In this document: one piece after another, positions 19,009 to 29,361 of the stretch
Layout of the letters: each line of letters opens with the position of its first letter
Numbering within the stretch: position 1 is the stretch's first letter
Source: Longimicrobiales bacterium
Lineage (GTDB): Bacteria > Gemmatimonadota > Gemmatimonadetes > Longimicrobiales > Gaopeijiaceae
Direction of reading: 5' to 3'
NCBI GenBank assembly: GCA_965249725.1
Contig: CBDFMQ010000002.1
Location: 2,400,001-2,464,000 of the forward strand
Length of the DNA stretch: 64,000 nt
Translations under genes and position numbers: made by a program
The notes under the pieces: generated by a model
The model's database searches: none
The model's input: the letters and a program-made list of their open reading frames with translations, nothing else
What the model was told of the DNA's origin: nothing

Positions 19009-19878
19009 TCAGTTCGTGCGGTGTTTCTTGGAGACCTCATCGAGAAGCCTCCTCTCGTCATCGGTGAGTGAACTCATCCCCTCGGCAGAGATCTTGTCCA
19101 AGACCCTGTCGACGGCGTCCAACATCGCGTTCTCCCTCTCCCCAGCCGCGGCGTTGCGACCTCTACGACCGCCGTCGGCCTCCTCCTCTGCGTCGTCCCG
19201 GGGGACGATGGCGAATCGTCTGGCGCGGGCGGCCCGGCCCATCTTCTGAATCTGCTCCGCCGCCTTCCAGTCGGTCTTCAGGTACAGGAATCCCGAAATG
19301 AAGCCGCCCAGGTGGGCGAAGTGCGCCACACCACCGCCTGCTCCGCCGAACGCGCTCGTGAACGTGATCAAGAAGAAGAACGCCACCAGCCACTTGGCCT
19401 TCACGGGGAAGATGCCCCACACGTAGATCGGAGCCTCGGGCCACGCCATGGCGAACGCCAGCATGATACCGTAGACCGCGGCCGACGCGCCGATGATGGC
19501 GTAGGAGACGAAGAAGAAGCTGAGAGCGACCCCTCCGAGTCCGCAGATCATGTAGTACTTGATGAACTCCTTGGATCCCCACTTGGACTCGAGGGGAGGG
19601 CCGAAGAAGAACAGCACCAACAGGTTCACGAAGAGATGCATGAAGTCGCCGTGCAAGAACATGTAGGTCACGGCGCCCCAGGGACGGAACAGCACCTCGG
19701 AGGGCTGGAAGGAGAACCAACTAAAGACGAAGTCGCGCCCGACGATCCAGGTGAGCAGGAATACGACCGTATTGGCGATCAGCAGCTTCTTGACCCACGG
19801 AGTGAGCTGATAGCTGAGATTCATACCGCCGCCGGCCACGTACCCCGTGCTTCTCACAGGCACTTCTCCAACGTACAC
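19009..19878 (-). CDS. Rhomboid family intramembrane serine protease
   Basis: TYMFLH...HLFVN, GASAA and AHFAHLGG motifs, plus C-terminal DRVLDKISAEG..SLT..E tail; start uncertain (19824-19878). Confidence 0.92.
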   Translation of the reverse strand: MYVGEVPVRSTGYVAGGGMNLSYQLTPWVKKLLIANTVVFLLTWIVGRDFVFSWFSFQPSEVLFRPWGAVTYMFLHGDFMHLFVNLLVLFFFGPPLESKWGSKEFIKYYMICGLGGVALSFFFVSYAIIGASAAVYGIMLAFAMAWPEAPIYVWGIFPVKAKWLVAFFFLITFTSAFGGAGGGVAHFAHLGGFISGFLYLKTDWKAAEQIQKMGRAARARRFAIVPRDDAEEEADGGRRGRNAAAGERENAMLDAVDRVLDKISAEGMSSLTDDERRLLDEVSKKHRTN

Positions 19879-19998
19879 CGAAAAAAAAGGTCCCTCCCCT
19901 GCATCCTGACTTCAAACCCCGGGCCAGGCAAGCAGGTTCCGCGGTGGAGATGGCGCGGAGCTTGTGGTCGCACGCCGGCAGGGCGCATGTTGACCGCC

Positions 19999-21033
19999 AT
20001 GATCAAGCCGATAAACATCGCCCGAAACCGCTCCATCACCGCCGGATTGGCGGTCACCCTGGTCGTGTCCGCGGCTCCACCCCTCCGCGCACAAGCCCGC
20101 TTCGAAGTCCCCAATACCACTGGCCTGTCCTGGTACCTGGGAAACACCCACACACACACCCTGGAGAGCGACGGCGATTCGCCTCCCGAGTACGTGGTTC
20201 GGTGGTACCGGGACCACGGGTACAACTTTCTCGTCCTGTCCGACCACAACACGCTCACCGACCCGGCCCCGTTGGCGCACCTGACCAACTCGGACTTCAT
20301 CCTCATTCCCGGTGAAGAGGTGACGTCCAGTTACGAGGGCCTCTCCGTGCACGTGAACGGGCTGAACCTCCCGGGTCTGGTGGATCCCAGGACCGGCTCG
20401 ACGCTGGTCGCGACGATCCAGAACAACGTGGATGCGATTCGTGAGGTGGAGGGGGTGCCGCACATCAACCATCCCAACTTCGAGTGGGCGTTCGGGGCCG
20501 AGGAGCTGGCCCAGGTGGAGAACGACCGCCTGCTAGAGATCTACAACGGCCACCCGACGGTGCATAACGAGGGTGGTGGAGGGTATCCCTCGCTCGAAGA
20601 GATCTGGGACATTCTCCTCAGCGGTGGAAAGCGGATCTACGGAATCGCGGTAGACGACGCACACCACTTTCAGGGCGAGTTCGCCGCGGACCGCGCCAAT
20701 CCCGGTAGGGGTTGGATCTCCGTGCGTGCCCGCTCGCTCGACGCCGCCGAGATTATGCAGCAGTTGGAGGCGGGACAGTTCTATGCGAGCACCGGAGTGG
20801 AGCTGGCCGACATCGTGACGGAGCGGGATCGTCTCGAGATCCACATCGCCCCGCGCGGCAACTTCCGCTACAGCACGACGTTCATAGGATCGGGCGGACG
20901 CGTGTTGGCCGTGTCGTCGGACAACCCCGCCGTGTACATCCTGCAGGGACGCGAGAGCTACGTGCGCGCCAAGGTGACGGATTCGCGGGGGGACGCGGCG
21001 TGGGTGCAACCCGTCTTCGTGGCTGTCCCCTGA
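19999..21033 (+). CDS. Secreted PHP-domain (CehA/McbA-like) metallohydrolase
   Basis: GNTHTHT..SDG, LSDHN, GEEVT, INHP, EIYNG and VDDAH motifs; signal peptide. Confidence 0.85.
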   Translation: MIKPINIARNRSITAGLAVTLVVSAAPPLRAQARFEVPNTTGLSWYLGNTHTHTLESDGDSPPEYVVRWYRDHGYNFLVLSDHNTLTDPAPLAHLTNSDFILIPGEEVTSSYEGLSVHVNGLNLPGLVDPRTGSTLVATIQNNVDAIREVEGVPHINHPNFEWAFGAEELAQVENDRLLEIYNGHPTVHNEGGGGYPSLEEIWDILLSGGKRIYGIAVDDAHHFQGEFAADRANPGRGWISVRARSLDAAEIMQQLEAGQFYASTGVELADIVTERDRLEIHIAPRGNFRYSTTFIGSGGRVLAVSSDNPAVYILQGRESYVRAKVTDSRGDAAWVQPVFVAVP

Positions 21034-21047
21034 CGGGCTCTCGATCC

Positions 21048-22541
21048 GTGCCGCACCGTCCACTGAACGCCGTGCTGTACCATCCGGCGATCGCTGTATG
21101 CCTTCTCGCCCTACATGCGTGCGGACCTGAGGCACCTCCTTCCCCGCCGAACATTATCTACATGCTCGCCGACGATCTGGGCTACGGAGAGCTCGGCTCG
21201 TACGGCCAGACGAAGATCCGGACTCCGCACCTCGACGCGTTGGCCGCCGAGGGCATGCGGTTCACGCAGCACTACTCGGGCAGTCCGGTGTGCGCCCCGT
21301 CTCGCGGGACCCTCATGACGGGACTGCACACGGGCCACAGCCAGGTCCGCGACAACTTCGAGGTCGGCGGCTACCCCGACCCCGACGAGTTCGGGCAGAT
21401 GCCGTTGGATTCCGGCACCTACACGATCGGGAGCCTTCTGCAGGACGCGGGCTACGTGACCGGCGCCATCGGAAAGTGGGGCCTCGGCGGGCGTGAAACG
21501 CTCGGCCAGCCGCACTATCAGGGTTTCGACTACTTCTTCGGCTATCTCGATCAGCAGCTCGCCCACAACTACTACCCCACCCACCTGTGGCGTAACGGCG
21601 AGCGGGTCGAGCTCGACAACGAGTACTTCAGCCCGCACCAACGGTTGGAGGGGGACGACCCCACGGATCCGGCCGAGTACGACCAGTACCAGGGAGGCGA
21701 GTACTCGCTCGATGTGATGGCGGACGACGCGCTGCGCTTCCTGGATCAGCACCAGGACGAGCCCTTCTTTCTGTACCTGCCGTTCACCGTCCCACACTTG
21801 GCTCTGCAGGTGCCTGACTCCTCGCTCGTCGAGTACGAGGGGGTGTTCGAGGAGGAGCCGTACCTAGGGGACCGGGGCTACCTGCCGCACTACCGGCCGT
21901 TCTCCGCCTATGCGGCGATGATCACACGCATGGACGCCCACATCGGCCGTATTCTGGCTCGCCTCGAGGAGTTGGGCCTCGCCGAAAACACCCTGGTCAT
22001 GTTCACCAGCGACAACGGTGCGACCTATACGGGAGGAGTCGACGCGGAGTACTTCGACAGCTCGGCGGGACTAAGAGGGCTGAAGGGTTCTGTGTACGAA
22101 GGCGGCGTCCGGGTACCGATGATCGCGCGTTGGCCGGGGCGTATTGCGGAGGGCTCCCAGAGCGACCACGTCTCCGCGTTCTGGGACATGATGCCGACGT
22201 TCGCGGATCTGGTTAGAGCCCCGACTCCGGAAGGACTCGATGGGGTGTCGTTCCTTCCGTCCCTATTGGGCGAGGCCGGACAGGCCGAGCATCCACCGTT
22301 GTATTGGGAGTACCACGGCCTCTGGAACGGGGCGCAAGCGGTGAGGATCGGTCAATGGAAGGGCGTGCGCTTGGGCGGGCACGACGATGCGGATGCCCCG
22401 ATCGAACTCTATGACCTGAATGTCGATCCGACTGAAACGACGGATCTCGCGGCTGATCACCCCGACATTGTGGCGCAGGTGCGGGCGGTCATGGAGAGCC
22501 GCACGGAGTCGGATGTGGCTCGTTGGAACTTCGCCCGGTAG
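21048..22541 (+). CDS. Arylsulfatase (Cys-type formylglycine sulfatase), probable lipoprotein
   Basis: PNIIYMLADDLGYG, CAPSRGTLMTG (CxPxR), GKWGLG, SDNG and KGSVYEGG motifs; LALHAC lipobox-like. Confidence 0.93.
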   Translation: MPHRPLNAVLYHPAIAVCLLALHACGPEAPPSPPNIIYMLADDLGYGELGSYGQTKIRTPHLDALAAEGMRFTQHYSGSPVCAPSRGTLMTGLHTGHSQVRDNFEVGGYPDPDEFGQMPLDSGTYTIGSLLQDAGYVTGAIGKWGLGGRETLGQPHYQGFDYFFGYLDQQLAHNYYPTHLWRNGERVELDNEYFSPHQRLEGDDPTDPAEYDQYQGGEYSLDVMADDALRFLDQHQDEPFFLYLPFTVPHLALQVPDSSLVEYEGVFEEEPYLGDRGYLPHYRPFSAYAAMITRMDAHIGRILARLEELGLAENTLVMFTSDNGATYTGGVDAEYFDSSAGLRGLKGSVYEGGVRVPMIARWPGRIAEGSQSDHVSAFWDMMPTFADLVRAPTPEGLDGVSFLPSLLGEAGQAEHPPLYWEYHGLWNGAQAVRIGQWKGVRLGGHDDADAPIELYDLNVDPTETTDLAADHPDIVAQVRAVMESRTESDVARWNFAR

Positions 22542-22576
22542 CGGCGAGCCCGCCGAGCCAGCGGCTGCGGCCACCC

Positions 22577-23008
22577 CTATTCCGCCAACGGATTCCGCCA
22601 GCTCAGCCCCGAGAACCGCGCGAAGTCAGCGTCTGTCGAACGGATCTCCGCCTGATGCTCGATGGCCAACGCCGCGAGGTGCGCGTCGGTGGTGAGATTC
22701 CCAGCCGTGCCGAGCCGCCGGAGAAGGTCGAAGAGGATCGATGCGTGCCGTTCCCCGGGATGCAGCAACGACACCTGCGGCTGGGCGAGCCAGGCCTCGA
22801 CGTGGTCGCATACCGAAGACGGCGGCAGCGGATTCTCCAAGATCCGCGTGTGCGTCGCAATGCGGATGTAGCCCAGCACGACAGACCACGCCAAGCCGAC
22901 CGGTTCGGGCGCCCCGAGCGTCTCCTCCCACCACCGCCTCGCGCGCTCGTGAACCTGAGACTCCGCATTGTACGCGTGCACGATCACGTTGACGTCGGGA
23001 ACGATCAT
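22577..23008 (-). CDS. vapC: VapC family PIN-domain ribonuclease toxin
   Basis: IVPDVNVIVHA...GNLTTDAHLAALAIEH...STDADFARF. Confidence 0.92.
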   Translation of the reverse strand: MIVPDVNVIVHAYNAESQVHERARRWWEETLGAPEPVGLAWSVVLGYIRIATHTRILENPLPPSSVCDHVEAWLAQPQVSLLHPGERHASILFDLLRRLGTAGNLTTDAHLAALAIEHQAEIRSTDADFARFSGLSWRNPLAE

Positions 23009-23265
23009 CCGCGCAGCATCTTCGCCGCCTCTTCCACCTCTAACTCGTCGGCGAGTTGGTTCAGCCGGTCCAGATCGGTACCCGGCTTGAAGCCGAAGGC
23101 GTGTGGCTCCACACAGAAGGGGGCCGGAGTGATCGGCTTGTCGGTCATCCCGAGTCCGACCCGGAGAGCCCGGTTGACGACGGCCTTCAGCCCGTCGTCC
23201 GAGCGCTTCATCTCCAACTCCAACCGGGCCGCCACATCGGGGTCGAGAGTGAGCGTGGTTCGCAT
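23005..23265 (-). CDS. VapB-like antitoxin (RHH/CopG)
   Basis: MRTTLTLDPDVAARL...VVNRALRVGL; ATGA overlap with vapC. Confidence 0.88.
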   Translation of the reverse strand: MRTTLTLDPDVAARLELEMKRSDDGLKAVVNRALRVGLGMTDKPITPAPFCVEPHAFGFKPGTDLDRLNQLADELEVEEAAKMLRG

Positions 23266-23270
23266 GTACG

Positions 23271-23300
23271 CATCATGATGTGCTCGACTAATGATGTCAA
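23271..23300 (-). promoter_or_regulatory. Sigma70-type promoter for a leaderless vapBC transcript, with overlapping palindrome
   Basis: Minus strand TTGACA-17nt-CATGAT-6nt-ATG; CATCATGATG palindrome at 23271-23280. Confidence 0.7.
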
Positions 23301-23331
23301 GATGTCCGACTCCGGGCGCACTGTGCACGAT

Positions 23332-26052
23332 TCATCGAAGGTCCACCTCGAGGGTGGCACCCTCGTCTCTAGTCGGAGTCACACCGGTAAGGGTCCGGAG
23401 CCGGTCGGTGCCGGGCTCGCCGATCACCAGGGTGTACGTGCCGCCGGCTGTGAAGACCCTCGGGCGGAATCGCTCCCCCTGCGCCCGGACGGTATACAGA
23501 ATCTCACCGGTACCTTCCTCCACCACTTGCACGACCGGATCGACCATACCGGTCACGACCACCTCGGGCAGGTACGCCACCGCGTCACGATCGTACTGAT
23601 CGGACTGAGATACCGTGACGGGCCAGCCCGGGTACTGCTCCGCATTCGGTGCGGCGGGGTCCACCCACCTGGGCCAGGCCTCGACCGAGATGTCCCGGTC
23701 CTCCCGATCGAAGCGCATGATCCCGTAGCCCGGCACGCGCTGGTAGAGTTCATGCGGCTCGAAGTCGACCTGCGTGGGATTGGCCACGGCCAGCACGGTC
23801 ATCCAATTGCCGAACCCGTCCCTGAAGTCGCCGGTGTTCCTAGGCGAGTGCGGGAGCGGATTCCGGCCCGGCTCGGGGGGGAACCACCGACGCGGCCACA
23901 GGTTGGCGATCGACGGAACGGTGAAGACGTGCCCGGCGTCGTTCCACTCGTCCACCCCGTACCGGACGAAGTGTCCCAGATGTTGATCCCCCACCACGTG
24001 GAACGCGAAGCCCTTTCGCATGGCGCGCACCGCACGGTCACGCCCCGACCTCGGCCAGCCGTTCGAGTCCATGTCTTGAGCGATCTTCTCGCCTTCCAGG
24101 TACTCCCCGGGTTCGACGATGTACGATCCGGGAAGCACGGCGCCGCTCATGGCATCCTCAGGTAGGGTCGCCACGTCGACGAAGGGGGTCTGCGAGAGAA
24201 CGACCTTCATCCAGGCCCCGTCCGACCAGTCGTTGGCCCACTCCTCGAGGAAGCGCTCCTGCCCCTCTCCGAGCAGCGACACGCCGGGCAGATCCTCCTC
24301 CTCGGCCGAATCGTACCCCGGCCGCTGGGGCCATCCGTTCAGGACGTCCCCTCCAGGCACCATGACGGACGGCGGCGACTTCCACATGCGATCGGCGAGC
24401 ACGGCAAAGCTGATCCCACCGTATTCGAGGCGCGTGTGGTAGGTCGTGATGTCATGCGCGATGGGCTCGGGATCCACCGGATCGGGCAGATGCGCAACCT
24501 GGGTGCGGTGCATCGCGTTCACCCACTCCCCGGCCATGCGGTACCCACCACGGTCCTGCTCCGTGTAGTCACCCGGCTCCCGCACGCCACCGTTGCCCCA
24601 AATGTTGCCGTGGTAGGCGTCGTGGTCGTCGGGAATCGTAACCGTGGGCCGATCTCGTGTGATATCGCGAAACGCCCACACAAAGCGGAACCAGTGGCCG
24701 AGGTAGTCGATCGCCGCGATGTCGGCTGGATCCCTGACCACACCCTCCAGCCCGCTCTCGTAGATCTGGTCTCCCGCGAAGAAGACCATGTCCGGGTCGT
24801 GGTACGCCACTCCCTCGACCGTCTCGGCGTGCGGATACCAGAAGTGGCTCGAGTTCCACTGTCCGTCCCCGCCGGAGATGTGGTGACAGTTGAGGCCGGC
24901 CAGCACGAACTCTTCTTGATCGTCGGGGATGCGTCGGATCGTTCCCCCGAAGTAGTGGCGACCCGTCCCTCCACGGCCCGCCGTCAGATCGTACGCCACT
25001 CGGTACGGCACATCGTCGTCGCCCAGCCATGATTCGACCCGGAAGTGTGCGGTCGCGCTGAGCGGCTGGATGTCCGCCGTGGCCACCTCCGTCCACTGAC
25101 CGTCGCGGCGAACCTCCAGGTGAGCCAGAGGATCGTCACTTGCACCCAGAGGCCCGAGCTGCGCGGTCATCTTGAGCGTGCCACGGCTCAGCGTGTACAT
25201 CGCCCCCATCACCGGGCCGAACGCCCGGTCGTCGTGACGTTCGACCTTGGAGCCCTCTACCGTCCAATTGCGGAACCAGTAGCCCGGACCTTCCAGGAGC
25301 GGGCTCCGGTGCGAGACGAGGGCCACGTTGCCGGAAAGCTGCTCGGCGGGGATTCCCGAGTAGGTCGAACGGGCCAAGCGCCCTCCGTTCTCAGGATCGG
25401 TGAGCGTCACGATCAGCTGGTAACGCGCAACTCCCGATGGGGCTTCAGGATCGGGTGTGGCCTCGACCATGAGCAGCACGTCGGGGCCAGGCACGCCGGA
25501 CTGCTCGGCCTCGTCCGGCTCGACGAGCGGCCAGTGCTCGAGCGGAATGTTCGGGTTGGGCCCCGTGTAGCCCTCGTTGATCGAATTGTCCCGCACGATG
25601 ATGCGGCCCGTGCCGTCCACGGCGACGATCAGTCCGCCATCCGTCGAGGGCCAGTGATGGCTCAACACGCTGATTCGGAAGTCGACGTGCGCGCCGCCAA
25701 CACCCACCAGGAAGCCGGACCAGGTGTCCTCGTGCGCCGGGCCTGCCTCGATGGCTCCCGTCCGTACGGACAGTCGAACCATACCGGACTCCTCACCCAG
25801 GGCCCGGGTGAGCAGGTGGAGCGTCCGCATCGGCTTGGCCGCGCTACCCTCCACGCTCTCGATCCGTCCCTCCCGCACCCGCCAGTCTTGCAGACGGTTG
25901 GCATAGAAGTCGGGGCCGATCCAGATGCGGTCGGCGTCGGTAGGGACGCTTGCAATGAACCCGGTGTCCGGCGAGGTGCAGCCGCTCAGCATTGTCGCCG
26001 AGCAGGCAAGCACCCGGGCGATTGTGCCGAGATGGACCCGCACACTGCTCAT
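23332..26052 (-). CDS. PhoD-like metallophosphatase lipoprotein
   Basis: FAGDQIYE, IPDDHD and GDQH motifs; lipobox MLSGC; GGAGG RBS before ATG 26052. Confidence 0.82.
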   Translation of the reverse strand: MSSVRVHLGTIARVLACSATMLSGCTSPDTGFIASVPTDADRIWIGPDFYANRLQDWRVREGRIESVEGSAAKPMRTLHLLTRALGEESGMVRLSVRTGAIEAGPAHEDTWSGFLVGVGGAHVDFRISVLSHHWPSTDGGLIVAVDGTGRIIVRDNSINEGYTGPNPNIPLEHWPLVEPDEAEQSGVPGPDVLLMVEATPDPEAPSGVARYQLIVTLTDPENGGRLARSTYSGIPAEQLSGNVALVSHRSPLLEGPGYWFRNWTVEGSKVERHDDRAFGPVMGAMYTLSRGTLKMTAQLGPLGASDDPLAHLEVRRDGQWTEVATADIQPLSATAHFRVESWLGDDDVPYRVAYDLTAGRGGTGRHYFGGTIRRIPDDQEEFVLAGLNCHHISGGDGQWNSSHFWYPHAETVEGVAYHDPDMVFFAGDQIYESGLEGVVRDPADIAAIDYLGHWFRFVWAFRDITRDRPTVTIPDDHDAYHGNIWGNGGVREPGDYTEQDRGGYRMAGEWVNAMHRTQVAHLPDPVDPEPIAHDITTYHTRLEYGGISFAVLADRMWKSPPSVMVPGGDVLNGWPQRPGYDSAEEEDLPGVSLLGEGQERFLEEWANDWSDGAWMKVVLSQTPFVDVATLPEDAMSGAVLPGSYIVEPGEYLEGEKIAQDMDSNGWPRSGRDRAVRAMRKGFAFHVVGDQHLGHFVRYGVDEWNDAGHVFTVPSIANLWPRRWFPPEPGRNPLPHSPRNTGDFRDGFGNWMTVLAVANPTQVDFEPHELYQRVPGYGIMRFDREDRDISVEAWPRWVDPAAPNAEQYPGWPVTVSQSDQYDRDAVAYLPEVVVTGMVDPVVQVVEEGTGEILYTVRAQGERFRPRVFTAGGTYTLVIGEPGTDRLRTLTGVTPTRDEGATLEVDLR

Positions 26053-26251
26053 GATGCCTCCAGACTCAGACGCCTCCGGAACCGGTTCGGCTCCCAATAG
26101 AACGGTCGGTCCGCGGATCGGCCACGACGCGTCGCTCACTGCTTGCCCCTGCCAAGTCCCCACCTCAGTTTAGCGCACATCTTATGCGCATGCCGCCGAG
26201 CCGACCGACCTGAGTCGACCGATGAGTGCGTAATGCCCTCAAGGAGGACCC

Positions 26252-27005
26252 ATGCGAACCCGCACTCTCCCCTCGTTCGCCGTCCCGGTCGCCCTGGCTC
26301 TCGCCCTCGTCGGGACGATCACCTCACACGCCGCTGCCCAAGACTACGTTCAGTATGAAGTCGAAAGGCTGAAGCAGCTCCCGGGTTCCACGGTCGACCT
26401 CGGCCAGCGCATGGTCGAGCACAATCAACGCTTCCACTACGGAGGCCCCACACACGGCCGTGGCGTTCTACATGGTTACCGGCCCCTGGAGTGGCCAGTA
26501 CACCTGGGCGATGGGACCGACGACGATGGCCCAGTTGGATGATCGGCCCGCAGACCCGGCTCACGTATCGGATTGGTCCGACCTGGTCATGTCTGAAGCC
26601 GAGCTGCAGGCAACCGAGTTTTGGGTCCGCGTAGACGAACTATCCTATACGCCGGAGTCACTGGCCGAAGGCAGCCGCCCGCTCTCCCGGGTACGCCGAT
26701 TCAAGGTCGCGAACGACGAGCTCTTCCAGAAGGTACAGGGTCAGATCGTGGAGGCCTGGGCGGCAGCAGGCTTAGCGACGCCGCGGCTGATGTACCGCCG
26801 ACGTGGCGCACACGAGGATCTGGAGAATTGGGTCACCGTGGTCACGTACCGGAATTGGGCGGAGATAGACGAGCCCGTCCCTAACTTCGAAGAGGCGTTC
26901 AGAGCGCGTCACGGAGACGGGGCATGGGCCACGTTCGAGCAGGAGGCCGATGAGGCGGTCATCAGTCGCCAAGACGCCTACCGACAGTTGGTCACGGGCA
27001 ACTAG
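26252..27005 (+). pseudogene. Secreted hypothetical protein split by an apparent +1 frameshift near 26446-26450
   Basis: ORF 26252 (AGGAGG RBS, signal peptide) joins ORF 26460..27005 if one C of the CCCC run is removed (…FHYGGPHTAVAFYMVTGPWSG…). This may be an assembly error. Confidence 0.65.
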
Positions 27006-27053
27006 AGCGAACATCCGACGATAGGGCCCGGTGGTGTCCGCCCCGCCGCCGGG

Positions 27054-27545
27054 TCAGTTCGTCTTGGTCGAGTCCGGTAGGAGCTGCCGGAGGCTGTCCT
27101 CCAGCTTCATGAACCAGGGATCGTTGACGCTGTCGCGCTCGAAGTAGAGGATCAGCTCCCGCTCGTCGATCAGCTCGTTGAGGAGGAGCTTCGCTTTCAC
27201 TCGCGCCTTCACACGGGCCCGCAATCCACTCGAGTCCATCTCGGCGAAGACGATGTCGAAGCCCATGATGTCGAGAGCCTCGGGCTTCACCGTGAACAAC
27301 CGCTGGATCAGGAAGGGGATGTCCACGCTGTCCCGGATGTCGGGCGCGTGATAGCTCGCCGCGCTCACGAAGTCCTTGAACTGGACGTCCTCCAAGAACT
27401 CGAGCGCGATGCGCCGTAGCGCGCCGCGATCCCCCCCGAGAGCAAGGCCGAGCGTCGAGAACGCGCCCCCCGAGACGTGCGCCACGGTCAGGTAGCCGCC
27501 CGTGAGGACGATGAGCACCGTCAGAGTCGTCAGGACCTTCTTCAT
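27054..27545 (-). CDS. Hypothetical membrane-anchored protein
   Basis: N-terminal hydrophobic segment; coupled to the upstream permease by an ATGA overlap. Confidence 0.75.
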   Translation of the reverse strand: MKKVLTTLTVLIVLTGGYLTVAHVSGGAFSTLGLALGGDRGALRRIALEFLEDVQFKDFVSAASYHAPDIRDSVDIPFLIQRLFTVKPEALDIMGFDIVFAEMDSSGLRARVKARVKAKLLLNELIDERELILYFERDSVNDPWFMKLEDSLRQLLPDSTKTN

Positions 27546-28278
27546 GTCACGATCTCACGCCGGGGAATCAAGGCCACCGTGGCTGCGGCGACGAGCGCCA
27601 CGCCCATGGCCAGCAGGATCAACAGAAACAGAGCCACCATGTGCCAACGCGGCTCGAGGGCGGCGCTTCCTCGAAGACGCGGAAGGCCCAATGGACCGGC
27701 ATCGCCGTTTCCACCGTGGCGACGACGTCACTGTACAGATTATCGGGGATGGCCAGCTCGGAGAACAGTATTTGTGGAAGCAGCAGGAGCGGCACGGCGA
27801 ACACGGCTCGCTCCTGGGTCGTCGCGACCGCACTGACGAGCAGCCCCAGACCCGTACCGGCCAACGACGCGCCGAACAGCGCCAGCAGCTCGACGCCCAT
27901 GGGGCCCCTGAGTTGCAGATGCCATTCCACCGTCCCCTGCAACAGCACCACCTGCACCGCTCCGAGCGAGGCCAACACCCACACCTTGGAGGCGATGTAG
28001 GCGCGGGGGCGGACGCCGAAAAGGCGCTCCCGCTCGAGGATGGCGCGCTCCTTCACGATCTCCCTGCTGGCGTTGACGCACCCGAACCAGATGGCGGCCA
28101 AACAAAGCACGAAGTAGAGAGCCGGCGTATCGCTCTCGATCGACCCCCACACCACGGCGCAAAGCCATCCGATGAGCGGCGCCTGGGCGAGCAGCAGCAG
28201 GAGGCCGCCCTTGTCTCCAAAGAATCCGTCCCGGTATCGGGCTGCCAGGACGTGTGACTGCGAACGCGCCGTACTCAT
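27542..28278 (-). pseudogene. ABC-2 type transporter permease with an apparent frameshift near 27665
   Basis: LLLLAQAPLIG...AIWFGCVNASREIVKERAILERER. The final hydrophobic helix (EPRWHMVALFLLILLAMG...REIVT*) is in another frame and ends in the ATGA overlap at 27542. Confidence 0.75.
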
Positions 28279-29096
28279 GTTGATCGCGGCGCCGGCGCCG
28301 GCCGGCGAAGGAACGAGCGCTGATCGGAATCGGCGCTCGCCGTCAGGTGCCATGCCGACGGCTGTTGCTTCTCGAGCTGCCGGAAGAGCTGTGCGTAGCG
28401 GTCGACCCGGAAGTACGAGAGTGCCTCGCGAGGAGGCCCGAAGAACGCGAGGTGCCCACCCACCAACACGCACAGGGCTTCGGCGAGCTCGATGCTCTCC
28501 ATGGCGTGCGTGGCTACCATGACGATGCGGCCGGTGTGCGCCACGTCGGACAGAAGCTGCATCGTCCGCGCCTTGAGTCCGGGGTCCAGGCCCGAGGTCG
28601 GCTCGTCCAGGATGAGCAGGGGCGGGCCGGTCAGAAGCTCGAGCGCCACGGATACCCTCTTCCGCTGTCCACCCGAGAGTCGTCGGATCCGGAAGTCGGA
28701 GCGATCGACGAGGTCCACCTGCTCGATCACCTCGGCGACCCGCGCGTCGCGCTCCCCTTCGCTCGATCCCGGCATGCGCAACTCGGCGGCGTAGGCCAGC
28801 TCTCGCCGTACCGTGAGTCCCCGATGAAGCGCGTCGTCCTGGGGCACATAGCCGACCGGTCCCAGCTCGGCGACCGGGACCGATCCCAAGGTCACGCGCC
28901 CATCCTCGGGCTCCCGAAGGCCGAGCAGCGCCCTGATGAGCGTGCTCTTCCCCGCCCCCGACGGACCGATGAGCGCGCATAACTCACCAGGGTGAAGCGT
29001 GAGGTCGATACCGTGGAGGATGCGGTGCCCGCCGATCGAGACGCCCACGTTGTCCACACGTAAGGGACCGGAGGAGAGGCTCGTCGTCAGCGTCAC
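28275..29096 (-). CDS. ABC transporter ATP-binding protein (ABCG-like)
   Basis: GPSGAGKST, LSGGQRKRVSVALEL, LDEPTSGLD and ATH motifs; start approximate. Confidence 0.9.
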   Translation of the reverse strand: MTLTTSLSSGPLRVDNVGVSIGGHRILHGIDLTLHPGELCALIGPSGAGKSTLIRALLGLREPEDGRVTLGSVPVAELGPVGYVPQDDALHRGLTVRRELAYAAELRMPGSSEGERDARVAEVIEQVDLVDRSDFRIRRLSGGQRKRVSVALELLTGPPLLILDEPTSGLDPGLKARTMQLLSDVAHTGRIVMVATHAMESIELAEALCVLVGGHLAFFGPPREALSYFRVDRYAQLFRQLEKQQPSAWHLTASADSDQRSFLRRPAPAPRST

Positions 29097-29327
29097 GTGG
29101 GGTGGTTCGCCTACGATCTGACCGGCGAGGTCGTCAACGCGATGTCCCCGTCGAAGGAAGCGGATTGGATCTCGATCCCACGATGGGCCAGGACGCAGCG
29201 CATTGGCAAGCGTACGATCGCCCGTGGCTCCGAACCCATCGACCTCGCATGTTGCGGACTGGGGCCCTGCCGACCCTCGTATGATGGGGATGAGACCTTC
29301 CCGCCTTGATCGAGGCGGCGCGTTGTC

Positions 29328-29361
29328 TTGACACGAGAAACGTGCTACACGATTTTCGTGT
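29328..29361 (+). promoter_or_regulatory. TA promoter with two CACG-N5-CGTG inverted repeats
   Basis: TTGACA at 29328; CACGAGAAACGTG (29332-29344); ACACGATTTTCGTGT (29347-29361) abuts the ATG; no Shine-Dalgarno. Confidence 0.6.
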
